From Mobula hypostoma (Eukaryota): DNA of 64,000 bases. The notes under the pieces were generated by a model. That model worked only from the letters and a program-made list of their open reading frames with translations. It ran no database searches and had not been told where the DNA came from. Of the stretch, positions 12,926 through 26,879 are shown in pieces (positions within the stretch are counted from its first letter, which is position 1; each line of letters starts with the position of its first letter). A program made the translations under genes and the position numbers. The stretch spans positions 25,980,001 to 26,044,000 of the forward strand of contig NC_086118.1 in NCBI RefSeq assembly GCF_963921235.1, read 5' to 3'.

Positions 12926-13419
12926 ATGACAAAGTACAGAACTATATGGAAAGAGAACGACTGTATATGGATGAGGCATAAACAGCTGAACAATTCAACC
13001 AAGAAGGCAACTGAAGCACAAGTGCTAGCTGTTCACTTGTACTCTACCTCTGATTATGAAAGAACTTCTTCAATAAGAGCATTTGGAATGTGGAACTCAT
13101 TACCACAGGTAATAGTCAGGGGAAATCCTACTGACGACCTTAAAGGGAAGCTATATTTGCATACGAGGGAGAAAGGTAATCTTGGTAGAATTCAAAGAGG
13201 AATAAAGGAGGAAAATTGAACAGAGTACAAAGGCTACAAGGAGTGGCTGGGATGGAAGGCCTGTTCTATGCTATATACTCCCCCAGGATTAACTAAAAGG
13301 ATTTACATCATATTTAAGCAAGCTTTTTTTAAATTTGAAAACAACTTAAGTATGTACTACTTGCCACAAATGTTCTAAAAAGCTCATCAACAAGATTGCC
13401 CTAATTTTTGAGTTTCAAA

Positions 13420-14052
13420 TGGCAACAAGGAGGCATACATGAGTGCGGTAGATAAGCTGGTTGAGTAATGTTGCATCAGCAATGTCACACACAACATCAG
13501 CAAAACCAAGGAACTGATGGTGGACATCAAAAGGATATGCACTGGTCCTCACTGAGGGTTCAGCAGTGGAAAGGGTGAGCAGCTTTAAGTTCTAGAGTGT
13601 CAACATAAATCGGGGTCTGTCTTGGGTCCAACAGAACGATGCTGTCATGAAGAAGGGAAGCCAATGACTCTACTTCATTAGGAGTTTGAGGAGATTTGGT
13701 ATGTCACCAAAGACATGCAAATTTCTACAGACGTACAGTGGAGAGGATTGTGACTGGTTGCATCACAGGATTGAGAGAGGCTGCAGAGGGCGGTAAGCTC
13801 AGCCAATATATCACAGGCACAACCCTTTCCGCCATAGAGAACATGCCCAAAAGGTAGTGCATCATTAAGGACCTTCACCATTCAGGATATGCTCTCTTCT
13901 CAGTACTACCATCAGGGATGAGATACGGGAGCCAGAAGAGCCACGGTCAACAATTCAGGAAGGAGCTTCTTCCCCTCCATCATCACATTTCTGAATGGTC
14001 CGTGAAACAATGAACACTATCTCATTACTCCTTTTTATTGCACTATTTGTTT
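13420..14052 (+). mobile_element. Rex1/Babar LINE 3' fragment
   Basis: Homologous to 7100-7370 and to 43395-44140 (aaaaccaaggaactgat..gtggaaagggtgagcagctttaag). Confidence 0.75.
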
Positions 14053-14053
14053 A

Positions 14054-14830
14054 TAGTGGATTCTGGTTAATTAGGCCACATCAGGACCAGTTCATTTTGG
14101 CCTAATTAAGCGGCTCTTCTAATAAAGTGAAGTTTCATGGAAATAGTTGAACAAGTATAAAAAAAAAGACAACTACTGTTTAACTGAGTAACAAATTACG
14201 TATTCAAATGAAATACAGAACAAGTCAGAGTGCCACCAACACTACAATAGTACTATAAAACTGTATATTACTTCCTAATAATTATCGGTAGAGTTTAGTG
14301 TATGCTGCAATTTTCTTTTGATTGACTATAAATGAACAAAATCAGTGCAGACACCTAGTGCAGATAATAGGTCAACTTCGTACAATGCTTTCAATGATAG
14401 CATCTTTCAAATCTTCATTTTCATTCTAACATTCAAAATGATTGTCGATACCTTCAAATTCTTCATAGTCCCTAACTTGTTGAAGTCATGAAATTGTTTC
14501 ATTTTTCACTCATGGCCATTTCTGGCATCTCCAAGCCTGAATGCTTGAAACCGCAGAGAGCAAAACAGCTCTTTATTGTCTTACTGCTTATTTCTTGCCA
14601 AATATCAGTAACAAAAATCACTGCTTTTTGAACACAAACACATGCAATTGACGCTATTTAAAAACTGTTCGCTCTAAGCACAGTGTAGTGTCTAATAGAC
14701 GCACAAGTAAATGTGACTGATGCTAATTAGACACTATTCTGCAACAGTCTCCTGTCTCAATTAAGCGGAATCATTAAGGATCCTCACCATCTGGGCTATA
14801 CCAAATTAACAAAGGAAATCCTAGCTGCTT
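14054..14830. mobile_element. Probable Tigger/pogo-type non-autonomous DNA transposon
   Basis: Starts agtggattctggttaattagg with subterminal repeats (ctaattaagcgg at ~14102, caattaagcggaatc at ~14758); AT-rich interior. Confidence 0.45.
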
Positions 14831-15310
14831 TCTCAATTAGCTTCATTATTCTCCACAAAACACAGGGCAGCGCAGTCTTCCAAGGTGGAGCAGATGGGTG
14901 TACTTTGTGATTAACTCATCGTGGTGCACAGACATGGCAGTTCTTTCTCAGTCCTGCTCATCCGAACTGGAACATCTAGCAGTCAAATATCATCCATTTT
15001 ATCTGCTGAGGGAGTTTTTTGCCATTATCCTGATAGTGGTATATATTCCACCTCAGGTCAAGGTTAGGCAGGCATTGGAGAAGCTGAGCAACTTATCAGC
15101 AGGCATGAAACTGTGCACAAAGATGCGTTCCCTATCATTGCAGGAGATCTGAACTAGGCCAGCTTGAAGAAGTCTCCGAACAACTGCTGCTAACATATCA
15201 CCTGTCGAACTAGAGGAGCCAAAACACTTGACTACTGTAATACCACCATCAAGAACGCTTACTCTGCCATCACACGGCCACACTTTGGTAAGTCCAATCA
15301 CCTGGCTATA

Positions 15311-15819
15311 CAGTACTATGCAGAAGTCCTAGGCACAGATATACAGCTAGGGTGCATAAGACTCCTGCACAGTACTGTAGTAATTTTACGTATTGCTGGT
15401 GCAAAACAAAAAAAAAAAATTTCATGACCTATGTGAGTGATGATACACTGGATTCTGATATGGATCTGTTGTGGACTGAGAGCGGGAAGGGGGCAGGGAG
15501 AGGGGAATCATTAGGGAAAGTGGAAGGGAGGTGGGGAAAGGGTGTGGGGAGCAGCAGAGAGACATTCTGTAATGATCAATAAACCAATTGTTTGGAATCA
15601 AATAACATTCCCTGGTGTCTCAGGTCTGGGTGTGTCTGCACCCGCACAACCCCCTCCCCTGCTCCTGGCGCTCCTTCTCTGCCACCTGTCCCATACCCCT
15701 CCTGCAGCATTCCACCCCCACCATTACCATCATCCTTTACTCCTGCCAGATTTACAAACTCACTGTCTGGTCCGTGTTAACAAACATAAAGCACAGCAAA
15801 AGTCTTCTGCACAGTATTG
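15311..15819. mobile_element. Tc1/mariner-type MITE
   Basis: TIR pair cagtactatgcagaagtcctaggcac (from 15311) and gtgcataagactcctgcacagtactg (to 15377), flanked by TA. A third TIR-like end, cttctgcacagtattg, lies at ~15804-15819. Confidence 0.6.
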
Positions 15820-16010
15820 CACTTCTACTACCAGCATATAGGCAGCAACTAAAGACCACAGCACCAGTGGTGAGGACCAAGAAGGTAAGGTCAAGAGAGG
15901 CAGCAGAGCGTTTACAGGTGCTTTGAATCAGTGGACTGGACAGTATTCAGGGATTCGTCTTCCAGCTTGATTAAATACGCCACAGTTGTCACTGACTTCA
16001 TCAAGACCTT

Positions 16011-18691
16011 AGTTAGGTTAGAGAGGAGATTAACGCAATAGAAAGGAAGGACATAAGCCAGGAGGATGTGGAATCGATATGGGTAGAGCTGCATAACACT
16101 AAGGGGCAGAAAACGCTGGTGGGAGTTGTGTACAGGCCACCTAACAGTAGTAGTGAGGTTGGGGATGGTATTAAACAGGAAATTAGAAATGTGTGCAATA
16201 AAGGAACAGCAGTTATAATGGGTGACTTCAATCTACATGTAGATTGGGTGAACCAAATTGGTAAGGGTGCTGAGGAAGAGGATTTCTTGGAATGTATGCG
16301 GGATGGTTTTTTGAACCAACATGTCGAGGAACCAACTAGAGAGCAGGCTATTCTGGACTGGGTATTGAGCAATGAGGAAGGGTTAATTAGCAATCTTGTC
16401 GTGAGAGGCCCCTTGGGTAAGAGTGACCATAATATGGTGGAATTCTTCATTAAGATGGAGAGTGACATAGTTAATTCAGAAATAAAGGTTCTGAACTTAA
16501 AGAAGGGTAAGTTTGAAGGTATGAGACGTGAATTAGCTAAGACAGACTGGCAAATGACACTTAAAGGGTTGACGGTGGATATGCAATGGCAAGCATTTGA
16601 AGATCGCATGGATGAACTACAACAATTGTTCATCCCAGTTTGGCAAAAGAATAAATCAAGGAAGGTAGTGCACCCGTGGCTGACAAGGGAAATTAGGGAT
16701 AGTATCAATTCCAAAGAAGAAGCATACAAATTAGCCAGAAAAGGTGGCTCACCTGAGGACTGGGAGAAATTCAGAGTTCAGCAGAGGAGGACAAAGGGCT
16801 TAATTAGGAAGGGGAAAAAAGATTATGAGAGAAAACTGGCATGGAACATAAAAACTGACTGTAAAAGCTTTTATAGATATGTGAAAAGAAAAAGATTGGT
16901 TAAGACAAATGTAGGTTCCCTACAGACAGAAACAGGTGAATTGATTATGGGGAGCAAGGCCATGGCAGACCAATTGAATAATTACTTTGGTTCTGTCTTC
17001 ACTAAGGAGGGCATAAATAATCTTCCAGAAATAGTAGGGGACAGAGGGTCCAGTGAGATGGAGGAACTGAGGGAAATACATGTTAGTAGGGAAGTGGTGT
17101 TAGGTAAATTGAAGGGATTAAAGGCAGATAAATCCCCAGGGCCGGATGGTCTGCATCCCAGAGTGCTTAAGGAAGTAGCCCAAGAAATAGTGGATGCATT
17201 AGTGATAATTTTTCAAAACTCTTTAGATTCTGGACTAGTTCCTGAAGATTGGAGGGTGGCTAATGTAACCCCACTTTTTAAAAAAGGGGGGAGAGAGAAA
17301 CCAGGGAATTATAGACCGGTTAGCCTAATCGGTGGTGGGGAAACTGCTAGAGTCAGTTATCAAAGATGTGATAACAGCACATTTGGAAAGCGGTGAAATC
17401 ATCGGACAAAGTCAGCATGGATTTGTGAAAGGAAAATCATGTCTGACGAATCTCAAAGAATTTTTTGAGGATGTAACTAGTAGAGTGGATAGGGGAGAAC
17501 CAGTGGATGTGGTATATTTGGATTTTCAAAAGGCTTTTGACAAGGTCGCACACAGGAGATTAGTGTGCAAACTTAAAGGACACGGGTATTGGGGGTAAGG
17601 TATTGATGTGGATAGAGAATTGGTTGGCAGACAGGAAGCAAAGAGTGGGAATAAACGGGACCTTTTCAGAATGGCAGGCAGTGACTAGTGGGGTACCGCA
17701 AGGCTCAGTGCTGGGACCCCAGTTGTTTACGATATATATTAAGGACTTGGATGAGGGAATTAAATGCAGCATCTCCAAGTTTGCGGATGACACGAAGCTG
17801 GGCGGCAGTGTTAGCTGTGAGGAGGATGCTAAGAGGATGCAGGGTGACTTGGATAGGTTAGGTGAGTGGGCAAATTCATGGCAGATACAATTTAATGTGG
17901 ATAAATGTGAAGTTATCCACTTTGGTGGCAAAAACAGGAAAACAAATTATTATCTTAATGGTGGCCGATTAGGAAAAGGGGAGGTGCAATGAGACCTGGG
18001 TGTCATTATACACCAGTCATTGAAAGTGGGCATGCAGGTACAGCAGGCGGTGAAAAAGGCGAATGGTATGCTGGCATTTATAGCGAGAGGATTCGAGTAC
18101 AGGAGCAGGGAGGTACTACTGCAGTTGTACAAGGCCTTGGTGAGACCACACCTGGGTATTATGTGCAGTTTTGGTCCCCTAATCTGAGGAAAGACATCCT
18201 TGCCATAGAGGGAGTACAAAGAGGGTTCACCAGATTGATTCCTGGGAAGGCAGGACTTTCATATGATTAAAGACTGGATGAACTAGGTTTATACTCATTG
18301 GAGTTTAGAAGATTGAGGGAGGATCTGATTGAAACTTATAAAATCCTAAAGGGATTGGACAGGCTAGATGCAGGAAGATTGTTCCCGATGTTGGGGAAGT
18401 CCAGAACGAGGGGTCACAGTCTGAGGATAAAGGTGAAGCCTTTTAGGACTGAGATTAAGAAAAACTTCTTCACACAGAGAGTGGTGAATCTGTGGAATTC
18501 TCTGCTACAGGAAACAGTTGAGGCCAGTTCATTGGCTATACTTAAGAGGGAGTTAGATATGGCCCTTGTGGCTAAAGGGATCAGGGGGTATGGAGGGAAG
18601 GCTGGTACAGGGTTCTGAGTTGGATGATCAGCCATGATCATACTGAATGGCCTACTCCTGCACCTATTTTCTATGTTTCTATGTTTTCTAT
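16011..18691 (+). mobile_element. 5'-truncated, relatively young CR1 LINE (ORF2 EN-RT with a few frameshifts and stops)
   Basis: ORFs 16068-17396, 17332-17598, 17603-17992 and 18298-18618 carry VYRPP, GDFN, SDH, GVPQGSVLGP and FADD; tail of (TTTCTATG)n. Confidence 0.97.
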
Positions 18692-19004
18692 CTGTGGATG
18701 AGTGTGTGTCTTTGGAGACATACTGGACATACCCAAACCAAAAGCCATCGATGAACCACGAGATTTATAGTCTGCTGTGGGCTAGATCTGTAGCATTTAA
18801 GACCACTGATGCAGAGCTATACAAGAAGTCCTGGTACGGCCTATGAAAGGCTATTTTAAGGGTGAAAAAACAATTCTGATTGAGGTTAGAGATGGAATTA
18901 GATACATGCCTGAATTGGCAGGGTTTGCAGGCCATTACTTCCTACAAGGTGAAACCTAACATCATGAATAGCTATGATGCTTCACTCCCAGATCAGCTCA
19001 ACTG

Positions 19005-20690
19005 TCATGAAATTTGTTTTGTAGCAGCTGTACATTGCAATGCATAATAAATACTATAAAATACATTAAGAAATATATATACATATAAAAATAACTAGCA
19101 TAAAAAGAGGAAAAAAGTGAGGTAGCGTTTATGGATTCATTGTCCATTTAGAAACCTGTTGGCAGAGGGGAAGAAGCTGTGCCTGAAACATTGAGTTATG
19201 TGTTCAGGCTCTGCCCTTTAGAGGCATCGCTTTTTGAAGGTGGCCTAGATGCTGAGAAGGCTGGTGCCCATAATGAAGCTATGTATATTTATAACTTTCT
19301 GCAACTTATTCCACTCCTGTAGAGTGTCCCTGCCATACGAGACAGTGATGGAACCAGTTAGAATCCTCTCCATGGTACATCAGTAGAAATTTGAGAGTCC
19401 TTGATGACATACCAAGTTTCCCCTGACTCCTACTGGAATACAACATTGTTGTGCCTTCTTGGTAATTGCATCAATATGATAGGCCTAGGATAAATCTTCA
19501 GAGATGTTGACACACAGGAGCTTGAAACCCTTTTCACTTCTGAACCCTCGATGAGAAGTGGTGTGTTCCCTTGACCTCCCCTTTCTGAAGTCAACAATCA
19601 ATTCTTTTGTCTTACTGACATTGAGTGCAAGGTTGTTACCACGCAACCAGCTGACCTATCTTGCTCCTGTATGCCTCTTTGTCGTCATCTGAAATTCTGC
19701 CAACAATAGTTGAGCTGTCGGCCAATTTATAGATGGTGTTTGAGCTGCGCCTAGATACACAGTTGTGGGTGGAGAGAGAGTAGAGCAGTGAGCTAAGTAC
19801 ACATTCTTGAGGTACACCAGTGCCAATTGGCAGCGAGGTGGAGATATTATTTCTGATCCACACTGTGTTCTTCCAATGAGGAAATCAAAGATCCAGTTGC
19901 AAAAGGAGGTACAGCGTTTCAGGTTTTCTTGCTTATTGATGAGAAATGAGGGCACTATTCTGATGAACGCTGAGTTGTAATCCATGCACATCAGCCTGAT
20001 GTAGTATTGCTGTTGTCCAAGTGATCTGAGACTTAGTGGAGAGCCAGTGAGATTGCATCCACTGTAGACCTCTTATATCGGTAGGCTAATTGCAGTGGGT
20101 CCAGGTGCTTACTTAGGCAGGAGGTGATTCTATCCATGACCTCGCAAAGCACTTTGTTACAGAAGTTGTTCCACTGGGTGGTAGTCATCGAAGCAGCTCA
20201 CCCTGCTCTTCTTGGGCACTGGTATGATTGTTGCCCTTTTGAAGCAGGTGGGAACATCCAACTGCAGCACTGAGAGATTGAAGAGGTGTGGTAAACCATG
20301 TATATAGGTTGTAACTGAGTTACCGGTCTGGACACGCCCCTCTGCTGACTGCTCCTGGGGCTCCTCCCACAGACCCCTGAATAAAGGCGATTGTGTCACT
20401 GCTCCTCCCTCAGTCCAGGACAGATATTCAGCTCGGACGTTGGTCCATTTTACTGTTAGTAAAAGCCTTTTAGTATTTACTCTACTTCCAGTCTTTTGGA
20501 GTAATTGATAGTGCATCAAGAGGTCCTTCAACAGACTTGCCAGGTGGTTGACACAGGTCTTCAGAGCCCTACCTAGTACATCATCAGGGCCTGACGCCTT
20601 GCGAGGGTTCACCCTCTTGAAAGATGTTCTGACGTCGGCATGCTATTCACAGATCACAGGGTCACCAGATCCAGAAGGTGCAGTTTTAAT
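19005..20690 (-). mobile_element. Rex1/Babar LINE RT and 3' end
   Basis: [44 protein letters not shown] motifs. Confidence 0.85.
20287..20518 (+). mobile_element. Solo LTR (232 bp)
   Basis: TG...CA termini with a perfect 5-bp TSD, agagg, at 20282-20286 and 20519-20523; interrupts the Rex1 frame. Orientation is tentative. Confidence 0.85.
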
Positions 20691-23394
20691 TTTTTAAGGG
20701 TGGTGTGTATATGGAATGAGCAGCTAGAGAAAGTAGTTGAGGCAGGTATAATAGCAATTTCTGAAAAAAAAGTAGAATATGGGCCAAGTACAGGCAAATG
20801 GGACTAATTTGGATAGGCATCTTGGTTGGCATGGATCAGTTGGATAGAAGGCCCAGGTTGGTGTGGTCTTTCATTGATTCTATTATGGTTATTATTCTAT
20901 TATGGACTAATTAAGTATGCACACAAGTAAATGAACCTCAGGGTTGTATATGATGACATATATGTACTTCGATTAAAAATATTTACTTTGAACTGTTTTC
21001 TGTGCTGCATGACTCCATATTAAACTTCAAATATATGCATGTTTTCTGTGAACATTTGAATGGTAACCTTCCCTAATGTAACCAAGGGTTCACTATGAAC
21101 ATCTTTGTAAATGGATAACAAACACAGTTAATTAATTTATTTACCACTTACTTCAACGTAAACTAATTCAGTGAAATCTTGACTGCACTATTCCCCTTTT
21201 AAACTACTGGGTTGCCCATGACTACTTGTAGCATACACACAAGTATCTATTTCCTGGTAAAAACCACAAAATGATTCTTTATTCCATGTAATTTGAATCC
21301 GGAGTTAAGTATCAGTTTTCCATTCCCAATTGTTCAGTTGCTGGCAAAGCAAATTCACGTCCAATATTGAGATACAAAGCTCAACAATCTTAATTTGAAA
21401 CTTTTCCTTTCCCCAAAAATACATTTACAATTTTAGACTGGTGTTTCCAAACTACCAGTAACCAACAATTCTACTAATCCCTCCACATCCTGCTGACACC
21501 TGTAGATTATGAAAAGAGACATTAGCTCCCAAAGAGGTCGATTGTGAACAGGACAAGCAACCCTGTTGAGGAATAAACAAAGAAGTTTGGTTACCCTAGC
21601 TACATCCATTGTTGATTCCAGGTCTCTAAAAGTAATATAAAGCTATGAGATTCCGAAGATGCTGGAAATCCAGAGCAACACACACAAAAAGTAGGTCAGT
21701 CCTGCTGTGTTCCTCCAGCATTTTGTATGTGTTGCTTTGAAAGTAATACCTGTATGCCATGTTGCTCTCACGAATAGTAAGGTTACAATATCTTCAAATT
21801 GACAAGGTAAGAGTAGAATGTTGCCAACTTCAGCTCATGTTGGCCATTTGAGAATGTGGCAAATCCTGAAATAAGTATGATTTGGGCATTGTGCTGATAG
21901 GTGAACATAGTGAGCCACAAAGGCATCTCCATTCATCCTCAAATGGTGACCTTGGTAGTTGTTCTAAAAGTATTTCAGTTAATTGCCCTTCAAAACTGAA
22001 TGACAGTCTCCTCAGGATATAGGTTTTGCGCCTGGCAATGTATCCCAGGATTGGCTCTTTGTGCATTTGTAATATATCAGGAGGTTTAATCTGTGGTGTG
22101 CGTGGACCCCAGGGAGTGTACGTTGGGTGGGTGGGGGGAGGGGGGGTCACAGGAAGAGGTTGTGGTTAATCCCTGAGAGCAGGAGAGAAAAGGACTGTGC
22201 CTCGTCCCAAGGCCATGATACCAAGTGTTGGGAGGCAAGGTACGTGTAGTCTCTTGGATAACAAGGATTTAGTGTGGGTTGAAAATCTGTTTTGCCTGAG
22301 GGCAAGTTGGCTGCTACTAGTCCCATACTCAAATCCCTGTAAATCACTGGAATATTACCATCACAGGTTTCTTTTTTCATTTCAAATTCCGACTCTTACA
22401 CTGTTACACAAGCTCACTAATGCCAAGCACCCACAATAATAACAAACAGGAGAATACAGAATGGTCAGGCATGCAGCTTTATCTCAGTGCAGCTCCCTCA
22501 CTAACTATGTGCCTGTCAAACACGGCCTGAACAACTCACTGCATCACAACCACCAAATTCATCAATTACACAAACGTTACAAAGACAGCATTTCTAACAA
22601 CCGATCTGCAAGTAATTACTTAGTCAATTTTGTGAGAAATAAACCTTGCATGGATTCCTGGCATTACATTTCCATCAGTCCACACTCACTTGGAATATAT
22701 TTTAATAACGGACCACACAGGAAAACGACCTGACATAAAACTAGTCCTCTACATAAATTAATATTTCCATGCCACACCCTTTTCTGGTTCTCACCTTATT
22801 TAGTGTCACATTAAAAGCACAAAATGGACATTTATTTTCTTTGACCTCTTGGCCCCCAAGAAATTGATCTGATGCTGACCAGGATGAAGGCCTGATAAAT
22901 AGAATAACATGCAGTGCTCTCCCCCGACATCAAGCCACATTTTTACTGAGAAGGAAGTACATACAACAATATTACTAATTTGGTTATCAGTTTATAGAGT
23001 TTAACACCATCTGCCGAGATCGGGCCACTTTAATTAACCGTCCAAGTGAGAATACTACAAACGTCTCACATGGATTACAGATTTGAGCATTAAATGCTGG
23101 GACGGCGCATGAAAATTAAAATTGTAGTTGCTGGAAATGTAGATTAGAAGCAAAAAGGATGCTGTAGGCACTCAGCAGGTCAACTATATCTGTATCAAGT
23201 GTCAATATTTCAGACCCAAAACCCTTTTGTCAGTTCTAGCAAAGCATCCCAAACTGAAATATTAACTTGGTTTCTCTTTCTACAGGTGCCATTTTAGAAC
23301 TTACAGTTCTTATCACTACAAAAAGATACTCCTCCCTCATTAAGTAACTGTACTTTTTTTAAAAAACTGACATTAAAGGTTAAATTAAATTCCC

Positions 23395-24200
23395 ATCACA
23401 GTCATACATACTGCACAGAAACAGCCCTTTGGCCCATCAGGTTCATGCAAACAAATAGTTCCATCCAGATTGGTCCCATTTGGCCATATCTCTCTAAATC
23501 TTTTGTAGTTGTCCATGCTTCTTTTTCATGTTGTTAATATATCTGCCACAACCAATTCCTCTGGCAGCTCACTTCATAAACAGACCATCCCCAAGGTGAA
23601 AAAGGTGCCCCTCAGATTCCTATTAAATCTCTCACCTCTCATCTTAAACTTAAGCTTTTTAGTTCTTGATTCCCCAACACTGGGGTAAAGACTGGGAGTA
23701 CTAACATTATCTGTGATTCTCATAATTTGGTACACTTCTTTGAGATCACTTTCATTCTCCTGAACACGGTATTCCTAATGTGGCCTCACCAGCGTCCTAT
23801 ACAACTGCGCCACAACCTCCCAACTATTTTTTTACTCAGCACCCTGATTGATGAAGACCAGTGTGTCAAAAGCCTTATTCATCACCCCGTCTACCTACTA
23901 GTACACTTTCAGAGAACCATGTACTTGTACTTCTAGTACAGTCGAAAGCACTGGTATTCTGTTTTACAGCACTCCCCAGAACCTTGTTGCATTCACTGTG
24001 AATGCCACACCCTCATGTTTTCCAAAAACAAATCACCTTGCACTTAACCAAATTAAACTCTTTTTCAGACTATTTACCTAGTTGATCAAGGTCCCTCCGT
24101 AAATGCTGATAATCATCTTCACTGTCTACAGCATGCCTATTTTAGTGTCATCCACAAATTTACTAATCATATCTTGAATATTCCCATCCTCATCATTGGC
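23395..24200 (-). mobile_element. Degraded CR1 3' end
   Basis: Reverse-complement similarity to the CR1 3' UTR and RT C-terminus. Confidence 0.7.
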
Positions 24201-25299
24201 ATTTAAATTCTCTGGTGCCTTTTCTCCCTGTACTTTTTTTTAATCATTTCTCTTCCACTATCCCATAGTTACTCCTTAATCTACCTCTTATAAAATGCCT
24301 CTCTGTGTTCCTCCTTACGCTTGCCTGTTTAAATTTGTTCAGAAGCTCTTTACTCAATGGCCCAAGGTCTGATGCTCCAGTCCACTGGTCTAAATTCGCA
24401 TTCATATGCCACAGCTTCTGAAGCATTTCCACCAATGAGTCAGAAGGTCAAGGGTTTAGTCATCACTCCAGATGTATCAGCATATAATCTAGGCTGTCAT
24501 TTGAACCCTCTACTAAGGAAGTACAAATTTATCAGTGATACCACATTTCAGAGAAGTTTATGTGACCACATCTTCAATTTCAACTCAATGTATGCAATCC
24601 CAATGCACCATTTAAAGCAAAATAGAGATTGAGATTATTCGCAGTGTCCTGGCCAAACTCATACCCTTCAACCAAACAGATTTCCAAGTTATATATTGCA
24701 TTTTTGTTTGTGTTTACTGTTTGAAAATTGGTTATTATTTCTTCCATTGCACGGTTAATTCAAAAGTAGTTACTTGTGAAATGTGTTGGAACAGCTGAAT
24801 GATTTTTTTTTGTTTAAACTCTTTTTACAAATATGCCCATTGCCAGTAAAATCTCTATTTATCATTTATCCTCAGTTTCCTTGTTAAGTGATTCTGTCAG
24901 TGGAGTAACTCCCTCCTGCACAACCATACACTGTTCTAAAGCAGGTCACAGTGCCTCAGTAAAAGTTTCCTCCTCCACCATTCTTTCAACATGTGGTTAG
25001 CTGCGCAATCTTCCTCCACTTGCCTAGTTTAACATATAGCACTCAAGCTTTACATTGCATACTTCTTAACCTTTGAGTTGCCTATACTAGAACTCTTCTT
25101 CAGACTTTCAAACAGTGCTCTAACCAGTATAACTCTTACTCATTGAAGTCTTTCAAACCAATCTAGAGATCTCACTGTGGCACTTCAATGCATACCTATA
25201 AGCCTGCTTTTTGATTTAGGAATGAAAACTGAGCTCAATTATTGAAACATAACAAATGAACCCCAAAAGAATAGAATTACAGAGTCACAAAGTGCAGAA

Positions 25300-25570
25300 A
25301 CAAGTCCTAAGCCAATCCCTTTTTTTCTCCCCATATTTTCATTGGAACGCCTCTAAATTCTACTACTTACTGGGAACGATTTACAGCATCCGATTAACCT
25401 GCATACTCACAGGCCTTTGGAATGTGGGAGGAAACCAGGGCACCTGGAGAACACCAACATGGAGGAGGGAGAATGTGTAAACTCCACACAAAGAATGCTG
25501 GAAGTCAGGCTTGACCCTGGATTACTGAGGCAGTGAGGCAGCAGCTCTTCCTGCCACAATGCTGTGACAA
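25300..25570 (-). mobile_element. V-SINE (HE1-like)
   Basis: ctttggaatgtgggaggaaacc.g.gcacc.ggag..aac core, shared with 45430-45635 and 27570-27720. Confidence 0.65.
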
Positions 25571-26169
25571 TATTTGCAATGTAGGATAGTGTGAGACTTA
25601 GAGGGGAACTGCTGGTGGTAGTGTGCCCATACATCTGCTGCCTTTGCCTATCCAGCAACTTATACTAAGGTTATTTCATTTTTTCTTTTCTATGATGTTA
25701 TGACATGAGGCCATTCTGTCCATTGAGACAATTCCAGACACTTCCATCTACCCCATCCAGCCACTTATTTCACTATAGCCTGCCCCCTCCCATGTGGCCA
25801 TTAACACCCCTTCTCCCTGTAGTCCAGCCATTTGCACTAGGATCAATTTGCAATAATCAATTAACCTACCGACCAATACCTCTGAACTATTGAAGGAAAA
25901 CGGAAAACACAGGAAGAACACAGATAAAAGCATAGGTCAGAAATGAATCTGGATCACTGGAAGCTGTGAGATGGCTGCACCATGTGAGACAAATGACACA
26001 ATTAGGAAATTAACATTGCCTTACTCGAAGGTCAACCAACTGTTTTGAAAACACTTGCTGTTCATGGTTTTAAGGGTCTTTTGAAGGACAGCAATCAATA
26101 AATTGTTATTTACCAATCTTCACTTTTGAGATTATTTTCTGGTGTTATTTTTGTTTCCTACTGTCAGAT

Positions 26170-26420
26170 TAATTTAACCATAAGACCATAAGATACAGGA
26201 GCAGAATTAGGCTATCTGGCCTTTTTGAGTCTTCTCCACCATTTCATCATGGTAGATACAATTTTTCTCTCAGCCCCAATCTCCTGCCTTCTCCCTGTAT
26301 CCCCTCCTGCCCTGACCAGTCAAGAATCTATCAACCTCTGCTTTAAATATACATTCAGACTTGGCCTCCACAGCTGCCCATGGCAACGAATTCCATAGAC
26401 TCACCATTCTCCAGCTAAAA
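26170..26420 (-). mobile_element. CR1 3' terminal fragment
   Basis: accataagaccataaga tail repeat followed by the CR1 3' UTR. Confidence 0.75.
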
Positions 26421-26549
26421 TTGATTATTTCTTTATGGTAGGATTAAAATTCACAACCTTTAAGATACAAATTCAGGATAGTGTAGTTTGCTCGGGAGAG
26501 CATGCGCAGAGTCGCCAGATACCGGTGCCATCTTGAAAACCAGTCTTAC

Positions 26550-26664
26550 TAGATTGCAATAGCATGCTTCCCATGTACTGATTATCTTTCCTCTTGCCAT
26601 CTTTTCCAAATCCTTTCTTCCTTTTGCTTTTGCCCAAGCGCAGCAATGCCAAAAAGTATTTGGT
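26550..26664 (-). CDS. Possible internal exon of the unidentified minus-strand gene
   Basis: ttttag acceptor and GTAAGA donor in non-repeat sequence. Two frames are open (PNTFWHCCAWAKAKGRKDLEK.. or TKYFLALLRLGK..). It does not join directly in phase to the 34027 exon. Confidence 0.2.
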
Positions 26665-26879
26665 CTAAAATTTAACTCCCAATGTCTCACATTTGTTTTT
26701 TTTTTACCCCATTGACCATCTTCCCAATTCATTCCCTACCTTTCAACTTTGTTTCTTATTGCTGTCTCTGGCTGTGTCCAAAATAATTCCATGCTGCTTC
26801 TCGTTTCTTCCTTCACTTAAGAACCATTTGGACAGACGCATGAACAGGCAGGGAAGTAAGGGTTTCTCACCATATGCAG

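Larger units (their letters stand above)
14865..19003 (+). mobile_element. Rex1/Babar LINE endonuclease region, split by a MITE (15311-15819) and a CR1 (16011-18691)
   Basis: LEHLAVKYHPFYLLREF..VVYIPP APE domain. The sequence resumes after the CR1 at tgtggatgagtgtgtg..PNQKP. Confidence 0.75.

Noticed and set aside
16013..16729. 238-aa minus-strand ORF (and similar ones at 30129-30803, 39736-40137 and 60090-60566)
   Set aside because: These are antisense shadows of LINE or retroviral coding frames.
21152..21253. Minus-strand exon-like segment with strong acceptor and GTAAGT donor
   Set aside because: All three frames contain stops, so it cannot be supported as an internal coding exon. It might be non-coding or terminal.
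26497..26536. GCATGCGCA and CAAGATGGC (NRF1/YY1-like) motifs as a second promoter
   Set aside because: caagatgg..cc also starts the repeat at ~47617, so this is more likely a LINE 5'-end remnant.
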